Source: Leptogorgia sarmentosa
Taxonomy: Eukaryota
Reading direction: 5' to 3'
DNA length: 64,000 nucleotides
Assembly (NCBI GenBank): GCA_964658305.1
Contig: OZ210884.1
Location: 1,178,001 to 1,242,000 of the forward strand
A program made the translations under genes and the position numbers. Under the pieces are notes generated by a model. That model was not told where the DNA came from. It searched no databases and saw only the letters and a program-made list of their open reading frames with translations. Shown one piece after another: positions 25,790 through 39,900 of this stretch (position 1 is the stretch's first letter; the number at the start of each line of letters is the position of its first letter).

Positions 25790-26621
25790 CTTCAACAATT
25801 TGTTTCGACGAATTGTTATCTTTAATTCAATCTCCTGAAATTTAACATTCTTTTTGGTATGTAATCACTCAAAGGAAAATTAGAGGACCAAATGACTTTT
25901 ATATAAAAGTATAGATATATAGTATATTTCTAGATAAACAAATTTACAGTTAGCAGCTAGATTGCTGAACATAAGTTTGTTTACATTGCAAGCGATATTA
26001 TTGAAATCATAATTGCTCAAAGTCATATATACTCGATAATCACCCCCCCCCCCGTGCCAACCATGCCTCGATCATAAAATCCTTCAGGTGTAGCTCTTTG
26101 GCTGTCTGATATCCTGTTTCGCTTTGAAGTAGCCATTGCACATATAGTAAATATTTCAGAAAAAAAAACACCACAGAGATTCGAGAGAACAGCAAAATAC
26201 AAACTGATAAAAAATTGCTTTAAACGCATAGTAAATTTACATGGGACACGGATACGGTGTACGCGTTGGCTGTGATTGGCCGGTTCTATAATCATAAGCG
26301 TTTAGCCAGGCCAGGCTACTTGGGCGATAATCCAGCGTGGGCATCACCCGTGTTCCCAATTTAGAAATATTGGGCACTACCAGTTCAGGTCTTTTTTCAA
26401 CAGGTGAACTAACGCTCATGCGTTTAGTCAACCTCGTCAAAGAACGACAATTAAATGTCAAAAAAACGCCAAAAGCCGGAGCTTAGAGAAATACAAGATT
26501 AAACTTGATTTGGACATTTAATGTGATTTCAAATCTGGTAACATATGAACTATACCCACTACATGTCTACACACCATGTCATTTTACTACATATTACTTC
26601 TTACTTCTATAAAGGAAACAC

Positions 26622-27929
26622 TCAGTACATGTATTCCTCATATTTTGCCCAAAATCCATAGTAATTTCGATCCTTTTGAGCGCTCGATGTAAATCTCACG
26701 TACATGTACTCGTTGGTAACAAACAAACCAAGTGGAAGTAGAATACCGCTTAAATTCGCATCTCGATTATCCGTACTCTTCGGTCCACGGAAGATTTCCA
26801 CTCGGTCGTAACTCTGTTGTGTATTGAAATCTTTAAATGCCAATTGAACTCGCTTTTTGGGCAAGTGGATAAGCCAGATACAGTCAAGATTGAACGGGTA
26901 CTGACCCTTGAAGCCAGGACTCGTTATGGCACCCGATTGTGCTGTGAGCATTCCGCCACAATCTAAAGAATCACAACAGCATTATTGGATAGGGTTCCTA
27001 AACTTTTCCAGGGGCGACAAATTTAGTAACTCATACTCAGTAAAATCTCCAGCACTAAACTAAAAGGTGCATGTGCTCCCACTTTGATGGCAAAAGGGAA
27101 TGAATATTATTATGTTGTCCCCCACCTCAAGTTTTCGTTATCTGGCCCAAATATATAAAGTAGCTATAATTGCGTTTCGCAGGTAGAATGAATTACTGAA
27201 TTGTTATAATTATTTGCTGCAGTTCACACAAGGTTGCTAAAACTATTAATCCTGCAATAATTAAGCCATGCTACTGTGGTATGTTATTTATATATCAAAA
27301 TTCCAATTTTGGTAAAGTTTTTACGGTCATTCTGAGTATGCGTAATAATGCCGAAATAATAAGAAATGACGAAATTGAGCAATATGTTTTAGTTGATGAC
27401 GCAGTCGATATTTTTGCATTATAGTTCTGCACTGGATATCTAATATCTTATGTTTGATTTCTGTTGCTACCTGAGCAATTTAGTTACTTGCTTTCGATTT
27501 ATATGGATAGTTGACTTGGGTTTGCGCTCATCAACAATGCATGCATGTATCATTTTCTGTCCTATAGTTGTTAATTGCAAGTAGATTCGAACTTACCGAC
27601 TTGAGTATACGTCAGACGGAATCCACTGCTCGCTTTAGCTTCATTTGTAACAAATCTTATTCTCAAACTATTGCCAGACGAGACAACAGGTCGTGGCTTA
27701 AATCCCAAACCAGTAAACGTCAAGATGGGCTCAGTATTATCAGTATCGAATACATAAACAAAGTCTTTCGAGGACTCAGTCTTGAAATCAGAGAAATCGA
27801 TACGAACTTTCTTTCCAGCAGGAACGCTGATTTTCCAAGTACAATAAATATTGTTGTCATATGGTGATGGGTAATTGGGAGACGCGACCTCACCAGAAGG
27901 ACCGTGCTTAAATGATCCACATGACGTAG
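26622..27929 (-). CDS. Two terminal CUB domain exons
   Basis: [34 protein letters not shown]...GFRLTY (27929-27597, not in the ORF track) and [31 protein letters not shown]...GFWAKY then stop (26962-26622). Confidence 0.9.
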
Positions 27930-30900
27930 CTGAGAAAATAAAATATGTGCGATTTTAATTTTGGTATTCTGAATCCCAAACCGATGAAATAGGGACACCG
28001 GAGCAAGGGCCGCGGAACAGGGGGGTACTGGGGGACGGTGCCCCGCCCCCCCCCCACTTTTTGAAAACAGAAAATGTGGCCTTTTTTCGATTAGATTTGT
28101 GCCCTTTTTGTGTTATATAGGGCCTTTTTGTGTTATATAGGGCCTTTGTGTCATATAGTGTGCACTTGATATAATAATGTAATTAATCATTAATGTCAGT
28201 ATTTTACGGCATTGGGGGTAAGTGCCCCCCCCCCCCAATTTTAGACAAAGGGTAAATGTGCCCTTTTTCATCCGTGCCCTTTTTTGATTGTGCCCCCCCC
28301 CCACTTTTGAGGTGCTTCCGCGGCCCCTGCACCGGAGCCACTACTATATTGCAGGTGACTGCTATTTTTCTCTAACATTGTAAAGGGACGGGGGGGGGAC
28401 TACATGGCTGCTCGTTTCGCCACAAAAAGCTTAGCTGTTTCATTTAGTGTTGATATAATTATACGAAAAGTGCACTGAGTCACGTACACTACATACGTCA
28501 TCACGACGTTTTGGCCGCGCAAGAATTTCATCAGGTAACATGTCTCATAGCCAAATTTGAATCTAAAATTTACAAACTTTTAGTTCGAAGTTTTCAACAA
28601 GATTGGCATCAATATGCTCATGATCAGGAAAGATGAAATTTTAAGAAAATGAAAAAATAAAAATCGAAATTTTCATTTCATATTCACTTTAATGTGTTCC
28701 CTTGCTAAATAGGCGATACAAAATACTGAAACATGGAACAAAAAAGTTCAATGAGACCTTAATTAATTCATTCGTTTCAAGGTCTTTCAATAAAGAGAGC
28801 AACTTTAAATTATTATAGTGTATTTTTTAAAGATGTCGTCCTGATTTCGACATCTTACAAGCGTAAACGGTAAACTTCCTTACGTTTACCGTAAACAGTA
28901 AACTCCCTGTCCGTTTACTTACCGACACATGTAGGCCGACTGCCACTCCACAAGCCATTCTCCTGACATTTCCTATATTGACTTCCAACCAGTTTGTAAC
29001 CAGGATCACAATCAAAGCCCAACACTTTGTTATAACTAAATTCGGATCCAACTCTGAAGCCGTTAGCTGGTGGAGGTGTTTCACCACAGTTGACCACTAC
29101 AATAAGTATCAATTGGGATTGGATAATTACATCATACCTAGCGAGCCTAGTCTGTACTGGGGTATCCGTGTGTGTTTCAATTTGTTAGTTCATAAAGGCG
29201 AATTATCCGTCTTTGACTCTAAGTATAATCAAATTCCAGATGAACTTAGTTGAAACCTTATATGATGACACCGCGTAACAAAATAGCTGGTTCCATGATT
29301 TACGCATGGCCTTTCTCCTCGTCAAAGGTTAGTTATAGGGGCGGCGGAACTGTGGGGGCAGGCCCACCCCAAAAATATATTATAGTGTATCAGCTGTGTT
29401 TACCAAGTTATTTTGTAAATGAATAATAACTGTTAGTGTATATCCTCTACTTTCGAAAAGAATATCCCTTTGCTTTTCATCCTAAATTATCGGGGTTTTT
29501 TATGTTTTGCGCGGAAGTTCGAACTGATTTAAGCAATCTGTAATACAAATTACAAACATTGTATGCTGTCAATAATTAACCTGATGACAAGCTGTGAATG
29601 AACGGAGACAAAACTTCTTTGCAAGCTTTAAAGCATACACTGAACAAATCAATTATATTTTGCTGTTTTTTTAAAATGATAGTGTAACTTAGAAGATTAC
29701 TATTACTAGTTATTTGCTTTCATGTCGTCTTGTGCCCCCCCCAAAAAGATTGGCTTCCGCTCCCCCTGAGTTCCTTTAACTAGTTCGTCTATTATAGTGC
29801 CTAAGTTTAGCAGTCAATAATAAGTATAGCACTCGTGATTAGATAACTAGATGGAAACATGGAAAATGTTTTCTATTCCTTAATGTCAACACCACCTTAG
29901 GTTGTATAGCTATATGGAAACTTCGAAGACACCTGCTGACTCAATTATATATATCTTTTAAACATCGTTTTCTTTCTCCATTAGCATTTTCCTCAGTTTA
30001 AACCCTGCTTAAATTTCGGTTCTTAAATTCGCATACAATACAATTCGCATACAGTTGAGAAAAATGAAAAGGCGAAATTTCAAGTCTTTAATGCACGACG
30101 CTTATATTTTGCACTTTCTCGACTTGTTTGCAGTATGTACCCTTGTTCAGGTTAATTTACACTGTGCAATTTGCACTCCTCTTAGCCAATTAGAGTCAAC
30201 ATTTTTTTCATGTATATTATTACTGACTAAACACACGTATAGTGGTGTTCAAAGATGCTCCATTAAGGCTAAATTAGAAATCTGCATTTCGGTTGTTTAT
30301 TCATACAAATAGACTTTGAAATCTAATATACCATTTTTATATCAGAACTAGAAATACACGCATGCAATAACCCCTCTTGTTGACAAAAAACTCGAGCAAA
30401 AACTTGATCAAATATATAGAAAACTAAATTTATATTCGTATAGCAAAATTTCGTCTTTGAAATATAACCCTTTCAAGCAAATCTTCGCCTGTTTTTTTTA
30501 CATGCAAACTTCATATTTTGAAATAATAAAAAGAGAATTAGGCAGGAACGGCCTTTCATAAAACGCAAGAGTTTATGTAACAATAAATGATCAACTCTTG
30601 ATCTTGTGTTTCAATCCATAAAGCTCTCTGCTTCTCTGCCTTTTTCCAATATTTATGTTTTTTCAGGAGTCTTTTGAGCTCGGGCAGCAGTAGGCGACGC
30701 TTTGCGCCGTTGCTGTGGTCCGGCCTATTAGAGTTAGAAAGCAATTACGGTGGTAATGTTTACAGCACCAGACTCTGGAAATAAAGAACTCCTCGGCGTT
30801 ATGACGTCAATCAGCAAGAAATGGTATTTTTAACATGAGAAAAACTCTAAAAGCTATCCGAACTATTTTTTAAACTCATCAGGGTTAGTCACGCGAAATT

Positions 30901-33900
30901 GATAATTATGGGATCTTTCTATGTTACTTTGAAACAATCAAATTGGAAAGCAGATTCAGGTTATTCCGGTTTTCAATTAAATCGTGTAATGGCCTTACTA
31001 TGAGCCAACCAACCACTGTTTTGCAATATTTTTCTTCAACAGAAGGCCAGTGGCGTCGCCAGGTTCTGCAGAGTGGGGGGGGGGGGCAATGCGAGCACCA
31101 AAGGCGCGAGATCCCTAGGGGAGTTCGGGGGCATGCTCCCACGAGAAAATGTTTATTTCTAGGGTCTCTCAAACATTTTCAGGCAGGTTTTATGATAATA
31201 TGAAAGCTATAAACCGGATGTTCGCGCGCTAGATTGAGCAGAGGTTTGAATGCCGGTTTTGAGCCGACAAAGCCTTCGTAGTTCGTACTTCATGTTATTG
31301 TTATAATGTTAATGTGTTATTCTTTACGTTATCAAAATTCTGGGGCTTCCTCTTTGACGGAGCGGAAAGCAGTGAAACTTTTCATCACCCGCATTTGAGA
31401 AACATTCCCCGCCTCCTTTCTCTTCAGATTTGGATGAAATCTTAAATTTGACTTTTAGAACAACTGTAATTTTTACTTACAACTACAAGAAGGTAGAGAT
31501 CCAGTCCACTTTGCTGTTTTCTGAACACATGTTCTCGTTCGATTACCGACCAGTGTATATCCTTGCTGACAAGAGTAGGAGACATTTTTACCGTACGTAT
31601 GAGCATCACCATGTTTGAATCCATTGTATGGAACACCAGGATTTCCACATGATCGAGCTTCAATGAAAATTATAAACGAAGTTTATTTCTTATTTATGGC
31701 ATTTTAGTACACATTCAATGGATTTAGTATATTTGCATTCTTCAAAGTTGATAATTAATGTCGAAAATCTAGCCGTTGTTTTTTGAGAAGTTGTGTAGCT
31801 AATTAGTAGATTTAAAAAATATATTGAATTAATTAATAAAATTAATTACACACCTCATGTTGAAATAATGTTTAATTTGTTTGGAAACAAAAAAAATAAT
31901 GTGTAATTCATTGCCGTAAGCTCATATTTTTAATATAAATAAACATGGTGTATCCATAAAAACTATCACCAAAAAAATAATGTTTTTATATACTTTCCTC
32001 ATGCCTCACCTAAACATTTTGGAGTATGTGAACTCCATTTTCCATTGGCTTCACACCTGATGATATGTGGGCCTTCAAGGTAATGTTTTTGTTTACAGCT
32101 GAAATTTATCGTCGCATTGTATTTATAATAGTTGCCGTGGCGATAACCATGGCGAGGTATTCCTGGATCGCCGCAATCCACAACTGAATGCAAAAGAATA
32201 AAAACGTTTGGGCTACATTGCAGCATGAGGAAAATTACTGTATTATTCCTGACATTCAAATGCTATGCAAGTGATTTTGGGTGTTGCAAATGGCCTACAA
32301 TCTAGTCGATTTAGAGACTGATGGCATTTCATTCAGTAATACAGAGGCTGTTATGAGACTTGAAGCTTAATATGCTAACAATATATCAGTGTCGAGATAA
32401 AGTATACGTTTTTCAAAATAATCAGCATTTTTGTAATTGACGACTCTCGGATAACGAAAAACATTAATAAGTTGAAGTCATTTTTCTTAAAAATGCGTTA
32501 AAATTTCTCCTCATTCTGATTAGACGGAGGATTATCTGCACTAGTGAAAGTTCACTGTATCAGCGTTTTGATTTGGTTACATTCTCTTGTCTGCCTATTT
32601 AGAAGCTAGTGTAAGCATGGGGACCGGTTTTGCGAATTCACTCACAGAGATTTTTGGCACTTTTAAAAAATAATCACATATGATCGTGAAGAACGCATTT
32701 GTCGTTTCATTTACCTAAAATAAACCTCCAACTTGCATTCGGCGCAGGAAAATAAAGCAATACAGTATAAGTGGTGAGAAATTTTATATTTGATATTTCA
32801 TTTGTATGCTTTCCATTGTCGTCTGTCAATATAAACTTACATTCGCATGTAGGGTGAGATCCTGACCATTGTCTCGATTTTTGGCAAGTTCTGAAAGATG
32901 TACCATTGATCGAATAGCCAACATCACAACCAATTCCAACTGTAGCGTTGAGGTCAGTTCTATAAGCATTTACTCTGCCATGTGCTATGCCTTGAAGTGC
33001 TTGACAATAGTTTGCTAAAAAAACAATGTTTAAAATAGAGCATCTAGCTGGGGTGAACTTGCACGAATGTTCACGGCCTATTATAAAAAAATTTCAATAC
33101 TGCACACTTGATGACCAAATATCATCAATATTCCGTTACATTATCTTCTGACGTCACTTGTTTTGGCTAAAATTTCGCCAAACTTTGTTGCATGTGACTT
33201 TTCCAATTTTTTGCAAAGTTCTTTTTCAGAAATCTGAACTTTTCTCACGTACATTGTTCTTTCAGAGTATCTAATATAAAGTTGAAATGTAATCTCAAAT
33301 TTCAATAGTGCGCACTTATTATTCAATACTACACAATGTGTGCGATACTGCAGACTAAAATAGGTCATAATTGCAATGCTAATTTCGCTCTAGCGAGATC
33401 AGTGATAGCTACCTGATATTGCTTTGATGTGGATATGCACGGCAGAAAGCAAAATGCACCTTAATAGATTGCCGCCATTTTTTTAAGCAATAGAAAACAT
33501 TTTCCATGTTTACATCGAGTTATGTAATTTGAGTGCAAATTTGGCAGAACGAGAAATGTGTTCTACTATTTTCATAAAAAAATAGCACGATGACGAAAGC
33601 GGAAAACCGGAATAGCGAGAAGCAGCAGGAAATAGCTGTGTTTACATAATCTCACATCAACACGGCCGGGCTCTTAGCCAAGCACGCGCGCGCAGTCTTT
33701 TTCACTTATTTCCGGTTATTTTATAAATGTTAGGAGAATTGTGATTTTGATCTTCCTAATAATAAAGGGCTATTGACCGAGCGGCCGAGCGTGAGGTCTG
33801 TACTGTGAAATATCAGACTATCAAATTTAGTAAGGACCGAGCGACGAAGGAGGGAGGTCAATGCAAAAAACTGAGGTCTGATATTTCACAGTACAGACCG

Positions 33901-36900
33901 AACAAGCGAGGTCAATAAACTGTTTATAATATGCCTGAATTGAGTATATGAGCATATGCTTCAATTATCAGTTTCACTGGGTAACAGTATACGGTAGACA
34001 TAAATGCTTAATCTAAAACAATTTGGTTGTCTAAAAATTTTATCTTAAATTGGAAAATTAAAAAGCAAAAATCTTTTCTGTTTGCGAAGCGAAATTTGCC
34101 GCAAGATAAACGACATCCGGGACACCGGTCCAGATACGGAAAATACGGACCACGGTCCGGATATGGGTTTTTATGGAGCGCTTGTCAACCAATTAGAATA
34201 GAGAATTTTGACAAGCAATATAATAAAGTCGTCTATTGCGTTAATATTCTCTTAGATTAATAATGAAACAGGAAAACTTGTGATTAAGCATCACATGCAC
34301 ATATTAGGCTGTTTTATCTAAACGTTAAGGGGCATTTGTTCAACATTTGTTATTTTTAAGTTTATAATATCTCCTGCTTAAAATGCATGAAATAGGTTTG
34401 GACACATTTGTAATGCACAGCATAACTCTGCATAATCTGCTGGATGTATAACCAACATTTGTATGGCTGGCTACGTCCCTGAAAACCACTTATACTAAAT
34501 CGTATGTGTATATGTATGTGGTTTCGCACCGATTAACGTCGTTCGGTATGGACTTTGTATAGAAATTTCTACACATGAGGCTGACCAAACATTGCTTGGA
34601 GAAAAGGTTTCAGAACTTTTGTCGCTAATTGAGAAATTTAGAACAACTTAATTTCACCATCGAATCGTAATCTATTCAGGTCATGTGCGAATCATTTGGT
34701 TCAGCCGGTAGCAACGGTCATAGATAAAAGATATTTTTCCCCTTAATGTTTTACAAAGCCGAAAACAATACATTTCTAACGATTTTAATATTCAATCCTC
34801 ACAAATATTTTCATATCGACAAGATTAATACGAAAGAGTTAATTCCTGCATCGAATAAATCATTATGATATCGGCACTCTGATAATGATGAAATATCATT
34901 ATTACATTATTTTGGTAGCAAACGGCGCAGGCTATAAAGCTATGCAATTAAGCTTTTCATGTAGATATGCCTTGGGCATGGCCTCTTTGCTCTTGTCACA
35001 GAAATTAAAATAATGTAAGTTTTCAGATCGAAGAAGATTCCGTTTCAGTGTATGCCCAAGTCGCTTTTTCTGAATCAAGTCTACTTTTCTAATTTCGGGC
35101 TATGTGCAAATCGAGCTTTACCTCGGTAGTTTGATTTTTATATTGTTTTTTTTAAATTTCCACCCGTTTCGCACTTTTCGCCATGTACATCAATTGTTTA
35201 CATTCCCCCCAAAATACTAAGAATCTCATACCATTTTATTTTACACAGACACGAAATCGATACACAACTTAAAAACCACGACACAGATTATGGCTCACAA
35301 CTTTTCGACTGTCATTACAATTCAAACAGTTTTGTAATTGAATCGTAACACGAAAACTTTATAAAATTATAGTATCCATCACAAATTTTTTACTAGATTC
35401 ATCTTGGTAGATCTCTACCACTCGAGCAAATTACCCATAACAATCATTATTGCAGAAATTCTCGTACTGCACATTAGAGTTTACGATATGAAAGTTTACA
35501 ATAGAATCAGCTGGATATTCCCATTTCATTACGTTTACGCATCTAACTGCTGTTATATTATACTGGATTATTATACTCACGTATGCATATAGGTTGTTCA
35601 CCACTCCAAATGCTGGTTTTCTCGCATGTCCTGCTTGCGTTTCCCAAGAGTCGGTACGTTGGGTGACATGTGAACGTCACGCGGTTTTTATAGTCATTGC
35701 CACTGCCAATCATGTGACGAAAGGCATGATCAACATTACCAACATTCACACATTTAACGGCTACATAATATGATGAAAACATGCAATTTTATTTTTTTCG
35801 CACATGTTCACATTAAGGCCTGATTCCACGGGCGATATTTCTTGGCGAAATGCGAAAATTTTAGCGCGAAATAATTGTACGCATGTGTGATAAAGGCAAA
35901 TAAGATTTCGCGAAAAAAAATTTCGCTTCGCCAGTGAGTAGAAGTCGGTTCTACTCACTGCGAAAGCGAAAAATGCGGCAGAATTCAATAGAATCGTTCA
36001 TGTGCAACCATCCGCATTTCGCAGACACAGTTTCTCGCGAAAGATTTCGCCTTCGTGGAATCAGGCCTTTACGCTTATGTATATGTAGCTCACGGCAGTG
36101 TTGCTAGAAATCATCCAAAATCTTAACAAGGTTCTTTAATTTTTTTTTGTACTTTCTCCCAGACAATTTTGTGAAATATAGGTTATATCCCGCATGAAAT
36201 ATAGGAAGTCATAATGATATTCAGAGTTTGTTTCATCCTATAATTCATTTTAGTATGATTTCATTAGTAAATTAATAATGATTTGAAACCCTTTCGACCG
36301 ACTGTCTGAGTAGTAAATCTGAGGTATTATTTACTAGAAGGCTTTTTTCAAACATAACGGTCAAATATCGTTTTATTTCTGCTAATCGAATTTTTGGAAA
36401 TACTAAAAAATTATACAAGTGCACAAAACAGAAAAATGCAGAAAAAAGTGGTCAAGCTTTTTGACCATTATAATTCATCAACAAATAGTAAAATGTAAAA
36501 CTTGCGAGTTATTAGCTACAAAGAAAGAGTGACAAATAATGCCAACTTCCAATCATGAATAATCAACTCAACATCAGTAAATAATTGTTGAGTATTTGCC
36601 TTTTGCACTTTTGCTCTCTTTGTTTTTTTGACGTCGCTAATAGCGGTGTGGTTAATTTATTCAGGATACTGGCAAACCTAACGTTTCAATCCCAATCCCT
36701 GTGCATGAAAATCCAATTTTCCCACTCAAATTCCAGTTCCCATTTTACCCCTTCAGGACCTTCTTACATTCAGCACACCAATTACGGAATAATGAATGTG
36801 AATTCTGAAAACATCAACTTACCTTTACACACAGGCTGAACTCCGGACCATTTTCTATCTGCCAAGCAAATTCTCTCAGCTGAACCAACTAGTTTGTAAC

Positions 36901-39900
36901 CATCGTGACAAGAGAACGATACTGTGTTCCCCAAGACTGATACGCCATTCATTGAATATTTGCCGTTCGATGGATGAGATGGGCTAAGACATTTAATCTC
37001 TAAAAGAATATATATGCATATAAAATATATCATTTTGCAACAGCTGCAATTTTACATTGCATGTTATCAAATTGCGAGGCATTGCAAGGGAGTTAATTTC
37101 ATAACATGTGTCGCAATTTTGATTTATACTCCAAGTTCTAATCAAGCTAGTTTATCCGACAGCTGACTAATATTACTGTACATGTGAGCACGTCTGTAGA
37201 AAATGGCTGCAATAACTAGCACAATCTGTGGAAAATAATGTACAAATTGCAAATTTTAATTAAGGTATGTTACAAAACCAAAATAATACGATAATACTGG
37301 CTAGGTCTGGCTTGTACAGACTCATGGGGTTTATAGATTGTGCCTGATTATTTATAAGTATGTGTGATCTTGATCAGATTCTCCTCGATTATTTTAAACG
37401 CATTATTAAGCACCCGCGGGTTCCTTATGTTAAGTAGGTTAAGTCCATGCATGGTCTCTATGTGTTAATTTAACAGAATACCAAAAAGTTCCCAACATCT
37501 AATATTATATACCTTTACACGAAACTCCATCATTTTCCAGTATGTATCCATGCTTACAGTAACATTGGCGGCCAAGGTAGGTGTTAAGACAGTGATGAGC
37601 ACAGTCACCATTGTTTGAAGCACATTCATCTTTGTCTGAAATTAGATTTCAGTAATCAACACAGTATGATCTCCAATGAACAAAAAAGGGATCGTTATCA
37701 GCTTTCGTGAGCTGGCATCGATGTGATCCTTGAAGCTATCAGTTCTCATTTTTTTCTTGTACCATGCAGTCAAAGGCCTACGATGCAGGTGGACGGAGGG
37801 AGGGAGGGAGGGAGGAAGGGAGGGAGGGAAGGAGGGGGAGAAGGGGGAGAAGGCGGCAGCCCCCTCCGCAAAGTTTTCTTGAAAGGTTGATTTTTTTTGG
37901 CACGCGAGGAAAATTTGGGCAAGCGTTGTAGCTTGGCTTATTTTTATTATTGAATAAAATTTATTAATCGACCAAAACGATAAGATATTCTTTCTGTGGT
38001 TTAATTTCAGCTTGGGGGGCTGCCTAACACCCACCCGCCAAAAAATCCTGGATTTCTAGAGTTGACACTCTGAAATGGTCATTTCTAGCGATCTAGAGTT
38101 CCAAAATGTTGAAAATTTTCTTGTGCCGCGAGGTCGCCCCCCCCCTGCCAATGTTGAAAACGTTCCATGTCCCTGTAACAATGTTTAATGAATCAAAACA
38201 AATGTCCTCGAATTCACGCAAGAGAACCATCTACGTACTTGAACTGAGAGTTAAATTATAGAGTCAAACGCGGGAAAACAGCATCGCACATATAGAGAGG
38301 GCATATGCTAACGTTAGCACAAATGATGAGATTGATCGCATTATTGGCATATATTTGGCAGCAGAAAGGGAAGAAACAGTTAGTTTTTTTAGTCCACATT
38401 TTGATTATACGTGATATACGTTGATCACGAACGAACGCAATAATTATATAATTATTATAAAACTAACAGTAGAATTTGCATTTAGTTAGTTGTTTGAATA
38501 CATTAATATTTTTCGGGCAATGTGGAATTTTTTTGGGAAAAAGGCTCCCCCCTCTCAAGAATTTACCGGTCCCGCACGCCTATGGTACCGGGTGTCTCCA
38601 AAAAAACTATACCCTGTTTGATTTCATATTACGTAACTTATAAAAGCTATTGTGCAAAAATCAAAAGTATTATATTCGCGAAGGAATAGCTTAGATTTTG
38701 ATATGCAGTATTGACTGAGTTATTAACGTTTCAACGTTAATGTTCCACTCAGCGCCGGATTAACCCATCATTGGGCCGGGGACAAACAAAAAGTAAAGGG
38801 CCGTAATTTGGTGAATATGAAAACATGAAACATATATGTAATCAAATTGAAAGTCTTGTCCATTATATCGTCAAGAACTATAATATGCATGAACATAGTG
38901 AATAGCATTTTAACGTGAAAGTGGCATTTACTAGCCACTTCGACATTAACTTAAGTGAGTCTAGTATTTCGTGTTCAATGTTAAGCATAAGCGTACGGGC
39001 TACATTTTTTCAGAGGGGGGCAGAAAGTTTATCATTGCCCGAATTTGAGTGTAAATGTCACGAGGCGCCACCATGGTTGGCGCCGAGCGAGAGATTTTTG
39101 AACTTTTACAACCTCTGCATTGCCGGAAACGGCGATTTCAAAGTCCTAACTCCACTTTCTTGGTACGCTCGTTCAGGTGAACGACTGGAGGATTGTTGAC
39201 ATTACCTTATTCCTCAGTTTTTTGCCCGAATTATGCTCAAAATCAGTACCCGAATTTTCCAATTTGAAATTTTTTGGGGGGCAGTTGCCCCCCCTTGCCC
39301 CCCCCCCCTCCCCTCGTACGCCCATGATGCTAAGTAGGTTGAAGTTTGCAATCTTATCGTTGTCTATAGACGCAGATAATTCTTGAGTAATTTAGGACTC
39401 TAGAACTTCCTGGCTTTCAATTGACCAATTTTTATTTAATCAAAATTTATGTTTTCTCGAAACCCCACAGTAACTGAAATTTTTTATACATTGTTTTTCT
39501 TGGGCCGGTAAATAAGCTGTTGAGCTGGGGCACGGGGGCAAATGCCCCCATTGCTCCCTAGAGAATCCGGCACTGGTTCCACTTCTCCAGAGGGTACCAA
39601 ATTCAATCGAACTTCACTTTAATGTGAACTTATTTATTTCCTTTCATTGGCAAGAATCACCTTTGAGTAGAATTTCTATTAATTAAAAGTAAAGTTTCAA
39701 AGGAATGAACTAAAATTGAAGATAAATCGTTGAATTGAAAGGACTCCATGTTAAGCCCGGCGCACACTAGAGGAAACAGCTAAGCTGAGCGTCACTCGTG
39801 AACGTTGGCGTAAGCTGTTTCCTCTAGTGTGCGCAGCCGTTTTCTGTGATTTCTGCCACGCGTGCTATCGGCGACAAATATTCAACATGTTGAATACTTT

